DNA of 64,000 nt from Nitrospirota bacterium (lineage in GTDB: Bacteria > Nitrospirota > UBA9217). The notes under the pieces were generated by a model, which was not told where the DNA came from, searched no databases, and was given only the letters and a program-made list of their open reading frames with translations. The position numbers were made by a program, and so were the translations under genes. Shown here piece by piece: positions 49,145 through 59,797 of this stretch (the stretch's first letter is position 1; the number at the start of each line of letters is the position of its first letter). The stretch spans positions 64,001 through 128,000 of the forward strand of contig CAVVOB010000016.1 in the NCBI GenBank assembly GCA_963749655.1, given 5' to 3'.

Positions 49145-50554
49145 TCACAGCAGACCCGATGCTTCGCCCTGCTTCGGGATGGCGATGTTGCCAAAACCGA
49201 TTTTCGACAGGCCGTCGGCAAGGGAACCGGCGCTTTCCTCCTCGCCATGGATGACGAAGGTATTGCGCGGTTTGCGCTCCATGGCACCCGCCCAGGCAAG
49301 AAGCCCGTCGCGGTCCGCATGACCGCTCATGCCGGTCATGACCTCGACGCGGGCCTTCAGTGCGTGCACTTCTCCGAATATCTTCACTTCCTTCTGGCGG
49401 TCCACGATGCGCCTGCCCAGGGTGTTCACCGCCTGCCAGCCCGTGATCAGGATGGTGTGGCGCGGGTCCGAGATGCGGTGCCGGAGATGATGGAGGATTC
49501 TGCCCGCTTCAAGCATGCCGCTGGCGCTGATGATGATCTTGGGCTCCTTGTCGGCATTCAGCTTTTTCGATTCCTCGACTGCATGGACATAGCGCACCAT
49601 GCCGAACCCGAAGGGATTCTGGTCGTCGTCGGTTTCGAGGAATTTCCTGATCTCGCCGTCGAAGCATTCCTGGTGCAGCCGGTAGATGTCGGTCACGCTT
49701 GTGGCAAGAGGGCTGTCGATATAGATGGGGATGGCCGGGATTGCGCCGCGGTTGTGCAGCTTGTGGAGTTCATACACGATCTGCTGGGTCCTGCCCACGG
49801 CAAACGCGGGAACGAGCAGCGTGCCGCCGCGGCGCATCGTCTCGTTCACGACCTCCGCCAGTTTCACTGCGGAATCCTCGACCGGCGGATGGAGGCGGTT
49901 ACCGTAGGTGGATTCCATGAGCAGCACGTCGGCTCCCTCGGTCACAGGCAGAGGGTCGCGGATGATCGGCACTCCCGGCCGTCCGATGTCGCCGCTGAAT
50001 ACAAGGCGAACCTCGTGGGTCGTCGTCTTCTCCCGGACCTCGAGAATGACATGGCTGCTCCCGAGGAGGTGGCCCGCATCGCGGAAGGTGAGAAATACAC
50101 CGGGCAGGACCTCCTTTCGTCGGTTGTACGCGAGACCGGTGAACAGTTCCATTGCGGCCAGGGCGTCATCTTTGGTATAGAGGGGCTCGAACAGGTTCTT
50201 TCCCTCGCTGCTTCGCCGCTTGTTCACGAACGCAACGTCATGTTCCTGGATCCCGGCTGAATCGAGCAGCATGATGGAGCAAAGGTCCCGCGTCGCCGGT
50301 GTCGCGTAGATGTCGTTTTTGAACCCGTTCTTCACGAGGCAGGGGATGCCGCCCGAGTGATCGATGTGGGCATGGGAGAGAACCAGAGCATCGATGCGCG
50401 CGCCGTTGCCGATGCTGCGTCGGTTGATCTCGAAAGCCTCCTTGCGCTTCCCCTGGAAGAGGCCGCAATCGAGCAGGATCCTGTATCCGTTCACCTCGAC
50501 AAGATGCTGGCTGCCGGTGACGGTGCCGGCGCCGCCAAGAAACGTGATCTTCAT
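49145..50554 (-). CDS. MBL-fold beta-CASP ribonuclease-like hydrolase
   Basis: VTGS, SHAHIDHSG, AGHLLGS, SGDIG, ESTYG, SGHAD, HGE. Confidence 0.93.
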   Translation of the reverse strand: MKITFLGGAGTVTGSQHLVEVNGYRILLDCGLFQGKRKEAFEINRRSIGNGARIDALVLSHAHIDHSGGIPCLVKNGFKNDIYATPATRDLCSIMLLDSAGIQEHDVAFVNKRRSSEGKNLFEPLYTKDDALAAMELFTGLAYNRRKEVLPGVFLTFRDAGHLLGSSHVILEVREKTTTHEVRLVFSGDIGRPGVPIIRDPLPVTEGADVLLMESTYGNRLHPPVEDSAVKLAEVVNETMRRGGTLLVPAFAVGRTQQIVYELHKLHNRGAIPAIPIYIDSPLATSVTDIYRLHQECFDGEIRKFLETDDDQNPFGFGMVRYVHAVEESKKLNADKEPKIIISASGMLEAGRILHHLRHRISDPRHTILITGWQAVNTLGRRIVDRQKEVKIFGEVHALKARVEVMTGMSGHADRDGLLAWAGAMERKPRNTFVIHGEEESAGSLADGLSKIGFGNIAIPKQGEASGLL

Positions 50555-50645
50555 GGATTTCCTCCGTGGTAAGCAAAGGGGATTGGATAAGACTATCGTT
50601 TGCGACAGTGGAAAACAGGCGGGGCTGTCTGATCTGCCGCAGTTT

Positions 50646-51218
50646 TTAAAACGGCCGTGACGGCGGAGAACCCCTTGGTTCATCCCGCCTTCGAAACAAC
50701 GCATCTGCACCCCATTTCAGGAGACCGAAGGCGAATGCCGCCAATGCTAAAAAGGCCCCTATTGATCCGCCGAAGACAAGCCACAGACGCGTCCTGGACA
50801 AGGCGAACACGATGACAAAGGCGGCGCCGATCATGGTCATCAGGCCTGCCAGCCGGTCGAACCCGGGAACTTCTCCGAAATTCACCTGCCGGCGCATGAG
50901 CAGGAGGGTCACGACCATGGATATAATTGGAAGAAAATATATGAGGAAATTCACATCAAGGAGGTTTTCGCGGGTAAAGAAAAGCATGTATCCTGTCAGG
51001 ACAGCGGCAAACATGCCTGGCACGCAGACGAGATATACCAGTAGGGCGTACAAGTACTTCCACGGCGCTGATCCTCCCCTGCCCCTCCCGTGCATCAGAC
51101 CGGTAGCGAGGACGGCCGCCGGAATGCAGAGAAGCACGACGGCTGCAGCCGCAGAATAGTTCGATGCGAGTTCAACGAGTTCCCGGATGGTGGAGGGGGA
51201 AGACCAAGCGTCGGACAT
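50646..51218 (-). CDS. Hypothetical membrane protein
   Basis: 190-aa ORF with several TM helices. Confidence 0.7.
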   Translation of the reverse strand: MSDAWSSPSTIRELVELASNYSAAAAVVLLCIPAAVLATGLMHGRGRGGSAPWKYLYALLVYLVCVPGMFAAVLTGYMLFFTRENLLDVNFLIYFLPIISMVVTLLLMRRQVNFGEVPGFDRLAGLMTMIGAAFVIVFALSRTRLWLVFGGSIGAFLALAAFAFGLLKWGADALFRRRDEPRGSPPSRPF

Positions 51219-51306
51219 GGCCCATCATAGCATAGACCGCAAATAAAGACAATTGGAACACAGGGTTTCTGTCTGGTCGTTCCTGACCGGGCGCCATCCT
51301 GCGGCA

Positions 51307-51750
51307 TCAGAGCAGCACGCCGAGGCCAAGAAGCGCTTCGACCAGATAGAGGCAGAGGATGAGGATCCCAATGATGAAATGCGGCGTCCGAAAGGGCGAG
51401 TTCTGCCCCTTGATCCGCCGCGAGATGAAAAAGGTCGCAAGCAGCAGTACCACGATCGCGAGGCCCGTGAAGAGATGGGCGGGATACTCCATGAGCCGGC
51501 CGGTATGGACGAGGACGAGCGTAAGGCCGATGAAGAAACCCGCAACGCCGAGAACCACGATGATCGGCCCCAGTTTGCGGTGCTTTTTTATGAGCGGGAA
51601 AGGGAGCGGTTTGCCGGCCAGGCGCTGTCGCCTGATCCTGATCCCCAGCCAGGCATGATACAAAACCAGCGCGATCACGCTTGAATTATATGCCCCGTGC
51701 ACCAGCCGGAGGTTCGCGAGCACATGGGGATCTATCAGAGGATAATGCAT
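51307..51750 (-). CDS. DUF4079-like membrane protein (His-containing, cytochrome b561-like)
   Basis: 4 TM helices with His residues (VHG, KHRKLG, PAHLFTG, PHFIIG). Confidence 0.65.
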   Translation of the reverse strand: MHYPLIDPHVLANLRLVHGAYNSSVIALVLYHAWLGIRIRRQRLAGKPLPFPLIKKHRKLGPIIVVLGVAGFFIGLTLVLVHTGRLMEYPAHLFTGLAIVVLLLATFFISRRIKGQNSPFRTPHFIIGILILCLYLVEALLGLGVLL

Positions 51751-51828
51751 GGGAATGTCCGTCCGGTTGAGGTCTGTATCGCGTGCCGGGCCGTCGGCAG
51801 CTTCTGTATCGGGTCTACGGCCGCGTGA

Positions 51829-52308
51829 TCACGGCACCACCTCGATGAAACCGTCCATGCCCCGGTCCTTGTGGCTCTTGAACCACAGGAGCTTCTTGTC
51901 GCAGAACATCTCGTATTTTCCGGCGCGCGTCGGCGTGAAGGTGAACGTTTTCCAGTCGTCGCTCAGGCCGGCCTTGATGTTCATACCCGCCTCAGGCGCA
52001 TTGATCACGAAATCGTGGGGCACGATACCGGAGGTCTTCTTGACCTTCAATTCGACGGGCGTGTTCAGCCTTATGACGATGTAGTTGGGATCGAAATAGT
52101 ATTCTCCGGCCGTGATCTCGACATGCTGCACGTTGTCCTGGCCGGCCACGGCGACATACCGTTTTTCACCCCCTGCGCCCGCGCCTCCCTGCACGATCGA
52201 CGCACCGACAGGCGCGGTTGTCTCCGTCTTGATCTCCTGGCCGTAGACGCTCGTCCCGGCTGCAAGGAGCAGGATCAGGATAAAAGGCAAATATTTTCCG
52301 TATTTCAT
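51829..52308 (-). CDS. Exported cupredoxin-domain protein
   Basis: Signal peptide; YYFDP; HDF; GKYEMFC...SH...GM type-1 Cu ligands. Confidence 0.85.
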   Translation of the reverse strand: MKYGKYLPFILILLLAAGTSVYGQEIKTETTAPVGASIVQGGAGAGGEKRYVAVAGQDNVQHVEITAGEYYFDPNYIVIRLNTPVELKVKKTSGIVPHDFVINAPEAGMNIKAGLSDDWKTFTFTPTRAGKYEMFCDKKLLWFKSHKDRGMDGFIEVVP

Positions 52309-52501
52309 AATTCCTCCCCGGGCTGCTGCGATATTCTTTTGCCCTGTTCTCATTATAGCGCCTGTGCAGGGGGCCATGGTCCGCTCTCTTCTGCGCTGCA
52401 CCCGAATGCTTCGCAAAGACAGGGTATCCGATCAAAAGGCTTTTTGACAAACGAAGCGGAATCAGTGATAATATCCGGGACGAGGCCGAAGCAGGAGATC
52501 C

Positions 52502-53206
52502 ATGACTTCGATCAGCGCACAAGCCAAACGGATACTGGTCATCGACGACGAACCCGACCTCGTCGAGCTTCTCTCGTACAACCTCGGGAAGGCCGGGTTC
52601 AGGGTCAGGACGGTCCCGGACGGCGAAGAGGCCCTCCAGGCGATCAAGTCCGAAACCTTCGACCTCATCATCCTCGACCTCATGCTTCCCGGCCTCCAGG
52701 GAAACGAGATCTGCCGCATCCTGAAAAGGAATCCGAAAACCGCCGCCCTTCCCATCATCATGGTGACCGCAAAGGGCGAGTTGGCGGACAGGATCGAGGG
52801 TCTGGAAACAGGCGCCGATGATTACCTGACCAAGCCTTTCAGCCCCCGGGAGCTCATTGCGCGCATTAGGGCGGTCCTGAGAAGAACAACGGATAAGACG
52901 CCTTCCGGTGCGGTCCTCCGGATCGGTTCGCTCTCCATTGACCGGGAGCGTTACAGCGTTACCAAGGGCGAAACGCCGGTCCAACTGAGCGCCACGGAAT
53001 ACCAGCTGCTCCTCTATCTCGTCGAACACCGCGGCAAGGTCTTCAGCCGCGACCAGCTTCTCGACGCTGTCTGGCATGATGAATCCTTCGTGGAACCGAG
53101 GACCGTCGATGTTCATATCCGAAGGCTCCGCGCCAGGATCGAGGACGATCCTTCCGAGCCGGCCTATATCAAGACCAGGAGGGGCGTGGGCTACTATGTC
53201 GAATGA
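52502..53206 (+). CDS. phoB: Phosphate regulon response regulator (OmpR/PhoB family)
   Basis: VIDDE, LDLMLP, GADDYLTKPFS, RTVDVHIRRLR; linked to pst genes. Confidence 0.88.
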   Translation: MTSISAQAKRILVIDDEPDLVELLSYNLGKAGFRVRTVPDGEEALQAIKSETFDLIILDLMLPGLQGNEICRILKRNPKTAALPIIMVTAKGELADRIEGLETGADDYLTKPFSPRELIARIRAVLRRTTDKTPSGAVLRIGSLSIDRERYSVTKGETPVQLSATEYQLLLYLVEHRGKVFSRDQLLDAVWHDESFVEPRTVDVHIRRLRARIEDDPSEPAYIKTRRGVGYYVE

Positions 53207-54959
53207 TTCAGGAAAAAAGCGCGGTCTCTTCCGTCGAATCTTCTTCCTCTACGGCTTCATCCTGGTCCTCGCCGTTGTCACGGTGGAACTTTACATAACC
53301 AACGCCGTAAAAGAAAACACTATCGAGGGCCTTGTGCAGAACCTGGCAGTCCAGGCGAGATTGATTTCCGGCGCCATCCCCTTCGCCGCCTCTTCCCCCC
53401 TCGACGAAGCATGCCGCAAATTCAAGGAAACGACGAACGCGCGGGTGACCGTCATCTCCCTCGAAGGAAAGGTGCTCGGCGACTCGGACACCGACTCCCG
53501 TCTCATGGACAACCATGCCCACCGTCAGGAGGTCCAGCAGGCCGCGCTCTACGGGACCGGCGATTCCATCCGCTTCAGCGATACGCTGAAATATGATCTT
53601 CTGTACGTTGCCGAACGAATCATGAGAGGAGACCAACCCGCGGGCTACGTTCGGCTGAGCGTGCCCCTCAGGTCCGTCGACCATGCTGTAAACCTGATCA
53701 GGCTGAAGATCATCGCCATGGTCGTCGCGGCGCTGCTCGCGGCAGGCGCCTTTTCCCTCTGGCAGCTCGACCGGCTGCGCAGACTGACCGTGCAGATCCG
53801 CGATTTCTCCCGCGATCCTGGCCCGCGGGGAGTTCGGCAGGAAGCTCTATCTCGAAGGGGCCAGCGAGTTCGACGAGATCGCCGAAAGCCTGAATGCAAT
53901 GTCCGGGGACCTGAAAAGGAGCATCGCCGCGAGCGAGGAGGAGAAACACCGGCTGAATGTGATCCTCCAGAGCATCCCCGATTCGCTGTTCATCCTCGAC
54001 GCGGGAGGCGCCATCGCGCTCTCCAGCCTCGCGTCCAGAAAAACCTTCGGCGAGGCCGCCCTCGCGGGGAGGCCCTTTATCGAGGTGGTCCGGAATACGC
54101 GAGTTTCTGTCGCTCATGGACGAGGTGCGGCATGTCCGCCAGGCCCGCGTGGCCGAAGCTCCGGATAGACTCGCCGCCTGGAGCACCACTACGTTGTCCA
54201 CCTGTCCCCTCTTTCCTACAGCGAGCGCGAGCTGTCGGGCTTCGTGGCTGTTTTCCATGACATTACGCAGCTCAAGAAGCTGGAACAGGCGAGAAAGGAT
54301 TTCGTCGCGAACATCTCCCATGAGATCAAGACGCCGATCACGGCCATCATGGGATTTGCCGAGACCCTGCTCGAAGGCGCGCTCGACGACCGGCCCCATG
54401 CCGAAAAATTCCTGGAGACCATCAGGCTGAACAGTGAACGGATCAACAGCCTGGTGGACGACCTCATGACGATATCGAAAATCGAGCTGGGCGTTATCAA
54501 GGTCGAGAAGGCACCGCTGATCGCACGGCAGGTGCTGCAGCAGGTCGTCGACACGCTCGGCAAGAAGGCTTCGATAAAGAGCCTGGCCCTTTCACTGGAC
54601 CTCCAGGCGGGCCCCGTTGAGATCGAGGCGGACAGGGACCGCCTGCTCCAGATCGTGACCAACCTCGTGGACAACGCGATCAAGTTCACGGAACAGGGCA
54701 GCGTCACCATCGGCATGTCGACCGAAGGCGGCAGGCCCCTGCTTGTATGTGGAGGACACCGGCATCGGCATTGCCCGGAAGCACCTGCCGCGCATCGGGG
54801 AGCGGTTCTACCGTGTCGACCCCGGCCGGTCACGGAACATGGGGGGAACGGGGCTCGGGCCTCGCGATCGCAAAACATCTCGTCAAGGCCCATGGATGGG
54901 AAATGGAGATCGAAAGCACCCAGGGCAAAGGGACGAAGGTCAAGATCTTTATGGGCTGA
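53196..54959 (+). CDS. phoR: PhoR-type sensor kinase (HAMP, PAS, HisKA, HATPase); frameshifted
   Basis: [50 protein letters not shown]. Confidence 0.88.
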
Positions 54960-55019
54960 GAACAGGTCAGAGAGATCTGCCTGTCCTTGTCATTTGAACT
55001 GCACGAATACAACCGCGCT

Positions 55020-55589
55020 TTACACCCACCTTACTTTCGGCTCTTTCTTCGGCGGTCGTGGGGTCTCGCCCCGGGGATAGCCGAGCAGAATGGGGCCGAA
55101 GATCGACTCATCATCCTTCAGTTCAAGCAGTTTCCTTGCTTCCCCGTCTTCGAGCACCATGGCTCCGAAACCGACCCAGCAGCTGCCGAGCCCCAGCGAA
55201 TGGGCCGCGAGCATCATGTTCTCGCACGCCAGGGGGCAGGAGTGCGCCGCATACCGGCCGCTGCCGATGACGAACACGATCGCGGGGGCCGAATAGTACA
55301 CCGGGTCCGGCAGCTCGGTCTGTCGCTTCTTGATGGATTCATACCGCTCAGGGTCCACGTCCTTGATTGACTCGAGGATCTTCCTTGCCTGGGGCAGGGC
55401 CGCGCTGATCAGCTTTCTCTTCGCCTCATTGTCCTCGACCACGACGAATCGCCAGGGCTGGCTGTTCATGGCCGAAGGGGCTTCGTTTCCCGCATCGATC
55501 ACGGCCTTAAGGACTTCCCGGGGGACCGGCTTCGCCTCGTATGCCCGTATTGACCGCCTCTTCCTGATTACTTCAATCACCTCGTTCAA
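55020..55589 (-). CDS. Nitroreductase family protein
   Basis: RRSIR, APSAMNSQPWRF, NMMLAAHSLGLGSCWVG. Confidence 0.92.
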   Translation of the reverse strand: MNEVIEVIRKRRSIRAYEAKPVPREVLKAVIDAGNEAPSAMNSQPWRFVVVEDNEAKRKLISAALPQARKILESIKDVDPERYESIKKRQTELPDPVYYSAPAIVFVIGSGRYAAHSCPLACENMMLAAHSLGLGSCWVGFGAMVLEDGEARKLLELKDDESIFGPILLGYPRGETPRPPKKEPKVRWV

Positions 55590-55666
55590 GGGTTCCTCCT
55601 TAAAATTTCCATGATGACATCTCCCCGGACTATATCATAAAATCGCGGTCTCGTGCAGGACCTGCC

Positions 55667-55722
55667 CTGTCACACAATTTTCACCGGCTTGTAATATTCC
55701 TGTAACAATCCTCCTGTATAAA
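55667..55722 (+). promoter_or_regulatory. Tandem Pho boxes and -10 element of the pstS promoter
   Basis: CTGTCAC, TTTTCAC, TTGTAAT and CTGTAAC at exact 11-bp spacing, then TATAAA 10 bp downstream. Confidence 0.85.
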
Positions 55723-55758
55723 GAAACCATGATAAAATCAAAGGAGGAATCAATAACT

Positions 55759-56775
55759 ATGATAAAGACGACAGTAACAATCCTCATCGGCTTTGCGGTC
55801 CTGCTGTCAGGGACCGTACATGCTGCGGACATGCTGAACGGCGCAGGAGCCACGTTCCCGGACCCCCTCTACTCCGCTTGGGCGTACGAATACAGCAAGG
55901 TCTCGGGCATACAGCTCAATTACCAGTCCGTCGGATCCGGCGGCGGACAGCGTCAGATCGCGGAGCGCACCGTTGATTTCGGCGCTTCCGACGACCCGCT
56001 CTCTTCCGACAAGCTGGCCAAGGACAACCTCATCCAGTTCCCCACCGTGGTCGGCGGCATCACGCCGGTCGTCAATATCCCGGGGACCCGGACAGGCGGA
56101 GCTCAGGCTTGACGCAGCGACCCACTGCGGGATCTTCCTGGGCGAGATCAAGTTCTGGGACGACAGCCGGATCAAAGGCGCTGAACCCCAAGACTGAACG
56201 CTGCCGCACAAGGACATCACCGTGGTGCACCGCTCTGACGGCTCGGGCACGACCGCCATCTTTACCCACTATCTCGCCGAAACCTGCTCTGCCTGGAAGG
56301 ACAAGGTGGGAGAAGGGAAATCAGTGTCCTGGCCCATAGGCATCGGCGGCAAGGGCAACGAAGGTGTGGCCAACTATGTGAAGCAGACGCCCTACTCAAT
56401 CGGATACGTTGAATACGCCTACGCAAAGCAGAACAACCTTGTGTCCGTCACCATGAAGAACGCGGCCGGGAACTTCGTCGAGCCTTCGCTCAAGACCTTC
56501 TCGAACGCGGCGGAGACCGGTTATTTTGACCCGAAGAAGGACTTCGCAGGTCTGGCTCACCAACTCTCCGGGAAAAACCTCGTGGCCCATCGCAGGAGCG
56601 ACCTTCATTCTCCTGGCCCGGGACAAGAAGGATCCCAGCGTGAAGACGGTCAAATTCTTCGATTGGGCGTTCAAGAACGGCGACGCCACTGCCAGGAACC
56701 TGGTCTACATTCCCCTGCCGAAGCCGTTAAAGGACAAGGTCAGGGCTTACTGGAAGAGCGAAGGGAGTTTACTAA
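55759..56775 (+). CDS. pstS: Phosphate ABC transporter substrate-binding protein; frameshifted
   Basis: [38 protein letters not shown]. Confidence 0.95.
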
Positions 56776-56802
56776 AAGATAAAGAGCAGAAAAGATATTT
56801 TC

Positions 56803-56874
56803 CGCGAAGCCGCAAAGGACGTCAGGAAAGACTCAAATCTTTGCGACTCCTTCGCGACCTTTCGCGTCTTTGCG
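56803..56874. repeat. Palindromic element (CGCAAAG / CTTTGCG family)
   Basis: cgcgaag ccgcaaag ... ctttgcg actccttcgcg acctttcgcg tctttgcg. Confidence 0.7.
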
Positions 56875-56985
56875 ACTCAAGGATGTCTATTCAGGCTTGT
56901 ACGGGCTAATAGATACAAGAAGTGTTTCGTTTGTTCAAGCGGCAGCTTTGGGACGGCAATAGAAACAGACTGAGGACCAGACTCC

Positions 56986-58047
56986 GTGGCGATATACTCC
57001 CAAAAGAAACATCCTTGACCGGACCTTTTCGGCGGTCACGGCCCTGGCATCGCTCTCGATCCTGTTCATCATCATCGGGATCTTCTGGGTGCTCGCCTAT
57101 GGAATCGTGGCTCGCCATCAGCAGGTTCGGCGTTGCCAATTTCCTCTTGTCAACGGAGTGGAACCCGGTCAAGGAGATCTTCGGCGCGGCAACGAACATT
57201 TACGGGACCTTCGTCACGACCGTCCTTGCCCTCGTCTTTGCCGTGCCCACGGCGATCGGCATCGCCGTCTTTGTCACGGAAGTGGCGCCGAACTTTCTCA
57301 AGGGACCCATCGGCATCGCCATCGAGCTGCTGGCCGCGATCCCGAGCATCATCTACGGCATGTGGGGCCTGTTCACCCTTGCGCCGCTCATGAGCAAATA
57401 CATCGAACCGGCGCTCCAGAACACGGTCGGCAAGCTTCCGGTGCTAAGCATTCCTGTTCCGGGGCACGCCGCTCGGCATCGACATCCTGACGGCGAGCGT
57501 GATCCTCTCGATCATGATCATCCCCTTCACGGCGAGCATCGCGCGGGACTCCTTCAATCTCACGCCGTCGGTGGTCAAGGAGTCCGCCTATGCAGTCGGC
57601 GCGACGCAGTGGGAGGTCGTCAAGAACGTCGTATTCCCCTATTCCAAGCTCGGCGTGTTCGGCGGCGTGGTGCTGTCGCTCGGCAGGGCGCTCGGCGAGA
57701 CCATGGCCGTGGCCTTTGTGCTCGGGAACAGCCACAGGATCGCGACATCGTTCTTCGACGCAGCAGCGACGATCACGGTCACCCTGGCGAACGAGTTCAC
57801 GGAAGCGGACAGCGACATCTATCTTTCATCGCTTTTCTATCTGGCGCTGGTCCTGTTCGCCCTGAGTTTCATTACCCTGGCGATGGCGAAACTCTTTTTG
57901 ATCAGGGCGGAGAGGAAGTATTCAGAGGTAAAAGAATTGCGGATCTCGAGAATGCGGAATGCCGGAAATTTCGGAATACGAAGAGCGGACTCAACTGTGC
58001 TCTGCGTCTCAGCGGTTAAAGATCGCGCTGTACAGTCCGCAATTTGA
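56986..58047 (+). CDS. pstC: Phosphate ABC transporter permease; frameshifted, 3' end uncertain
   Basis: WNPV, ELLAAIPSIIYGMWGLF, KESAYAVGATQWE, GRALGETMAV. Confidence 0.93.
57933..58047. repeat. Composite repeat element (heptamer arm + CTCTGCG arm)
   Basis: gaattgcggat..gaatgcggaatgccggaaatttcggaat; ctgtgctctgcgtctcagcggt; tccgcaat. Confidence 0.55.
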
Positions 58048-58054
58048 TACAGCT

Positions 58055-58901
58055 ATGACACACGAACAAAAAACGAAAAATTGAAAGTTTCGCACGCCCT
58101 GACCCTGAGCAGCCTCGCTGCCCTGGCGGGCCTGTTCTGGCTCGTCTTCATCCTGGGCGATGTGCTGGTCCACGGGATCGGCGCGCTCAACCTCGGACTC
58201 TTCTTCAACGATCCCGTGCCCGCCGGCATGGATGGCGGAGGGCTCAGGAACGCCTTTCTCGGCCAGTTGATGATCACGATCTGCGCAACGCTGATCGGCG
58301 TTCCCGTCGGCGTCCTCGGCGGGACCTTCCTCGCCGAGTACGCGCGGCGGACGCGGTATGCGCGCGTGATCAGCGTCCTGGCCGACATCATCGTGAGCGT
58401 GCCCTCCATCGTCATCGGCACATTCATCTATGCCCTGCTGGTCCGGCCCTTCGGTCACTTCAGCGGGTGGGCCGGTGCGATCGCCCTTTCTCTGATCATG
58501 ATACCGGTCGTGCTCAGGACGACCGAAGACATGCTGTCCATGGTGCCCTGGACGCTGCGGGAGGCCGCCTTTGCCCTCGGCGCGCCGTACTACAAGGTGA
58601 TCGTCCAGGTCGTCTACCGCGGGGCGGCGACAGGCATCCTGACCGGCGTCCTGCTGTCCATCGCCCGCGTCGCCGGCGAGACCGCTCCCCTGCATGTTCA
58701 CGTCCTTCAACAACAACTTCTTTTCCTGGGACATGAACCGGCCCATCGCGTCGCTGACCGTCACGATCTTTCAGTACGCCATGGGCCCCTACGACAGCTG
58801 GCACCAGCAGGCGTGGGCCGCGGCGTTCGTGGTCACGCTGTTCATCCTCGGCGCTGACGCTCACGGGCAGGCTCATCCTTAAGTGGAGGTACAAGCGTTG
58901 A
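58055..58901 (+). CDS. pstA: Phosphate ABC transporter permease; frameshifted
   Basis: GGLRNAFLG, VPSIVIG, LREAAFALGA, ARVAGETAPL. Confidence 0.93.
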
Positions 58902-59664
58902 CGCAGCAAGTCGAATTCGAGGTCAAAAACCTTGATTTCTATCTACAACGGGAACATACAGGCGCTGCAGGAGATCATCCTACCGATCTACAAGTACGAC
59001 GTCACCGCGCTGATCGGGCCGTCGGGCTGCGGCAAGACCACGCTCCTGCGGTGTTTCAACCGCATGCACGACCTGTATCCGAAGCACCGGTACGACGGCG
59101 AGATCATCTTTCAGGGCAACAACATCCTGGCCGACGACGTGGACCTCATCAACCTCCGGAGCCGCATCGGCATGGTTTTCCAGAAGCCGACGCCCTTTCC
59201 CATGTCCATTGCCGAGAACATCGCCTACGGCCTGCGGCTCAAGGGGATCAGGAACAAATCGGAGCTCACCGACCGGATCGAACAGGCGCTCAAGCACGCG
59301 GCGCTCTGGGAGGAAGTAAGGGACAAGATGAACGCGAGCGCCTACGACCTGTCGGGAGGACAGCAGCAGCGGCTCGTGATCGCGCGCGCCCTGGCCGTGG
59401 AGCCGGAGGTGCTGCTCTTCGACGAGCCGACGTCGGCCCTGGACCCCATCTCCACGGCCAAGATCGAGGAGCTGGTCGTGATCTCTGAAGAAGGACGTCA
59501 CGATCATCATCGTGACGCACAACATGCAGCAGGCCGCCCGCGTGTCGGACATGACGGGGTTCCTGTACATGGGCGAGCTCATCGAATACGACACTACGGA
59601 GAAGATTTTCACGAACCCGGACAAGAAGCAGACCGACGATTATATTACGGGAAGGTTCGGGTAG
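58898..59664 (+). CDS. pstB: Phosphate ABC transporter ATPase; frameshifted
   Basis: [55 protein letters not shown]. Confidence 0.95.
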
Positions 59665-59670
59665 AAATAC

Positions 59671-59776
59671 AGGGTCAAGGGGCAAGGGTCAGGGGTCAAG
59701 GGAAAACGAAAAGATCCTCAGTCACGGTTCCCTGCCCCCTTTGCTGCTTGCTACTGGACCCTTGACCCTGGACCCC
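59671..59776. repeat. Palindromic heptamer-repeat element (AGGGTCA / CCCTTGA family)
   Basis: agggtca aggggca agggtca ggggtca aggg ... tgcttgc tactgga cccttga ccctgga cccc. Confidence 0.8.
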
Positions 59777-59797
59777 GCAGTCCCCCAAGGAGACCCT

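Noticed and set aside
32359-59776. Short repeats as a CRISPR array
   Set aside because: Units are 7-10 nt, imperfect and inverted, with no regular repeat-spacer periodicity and no cas genes.
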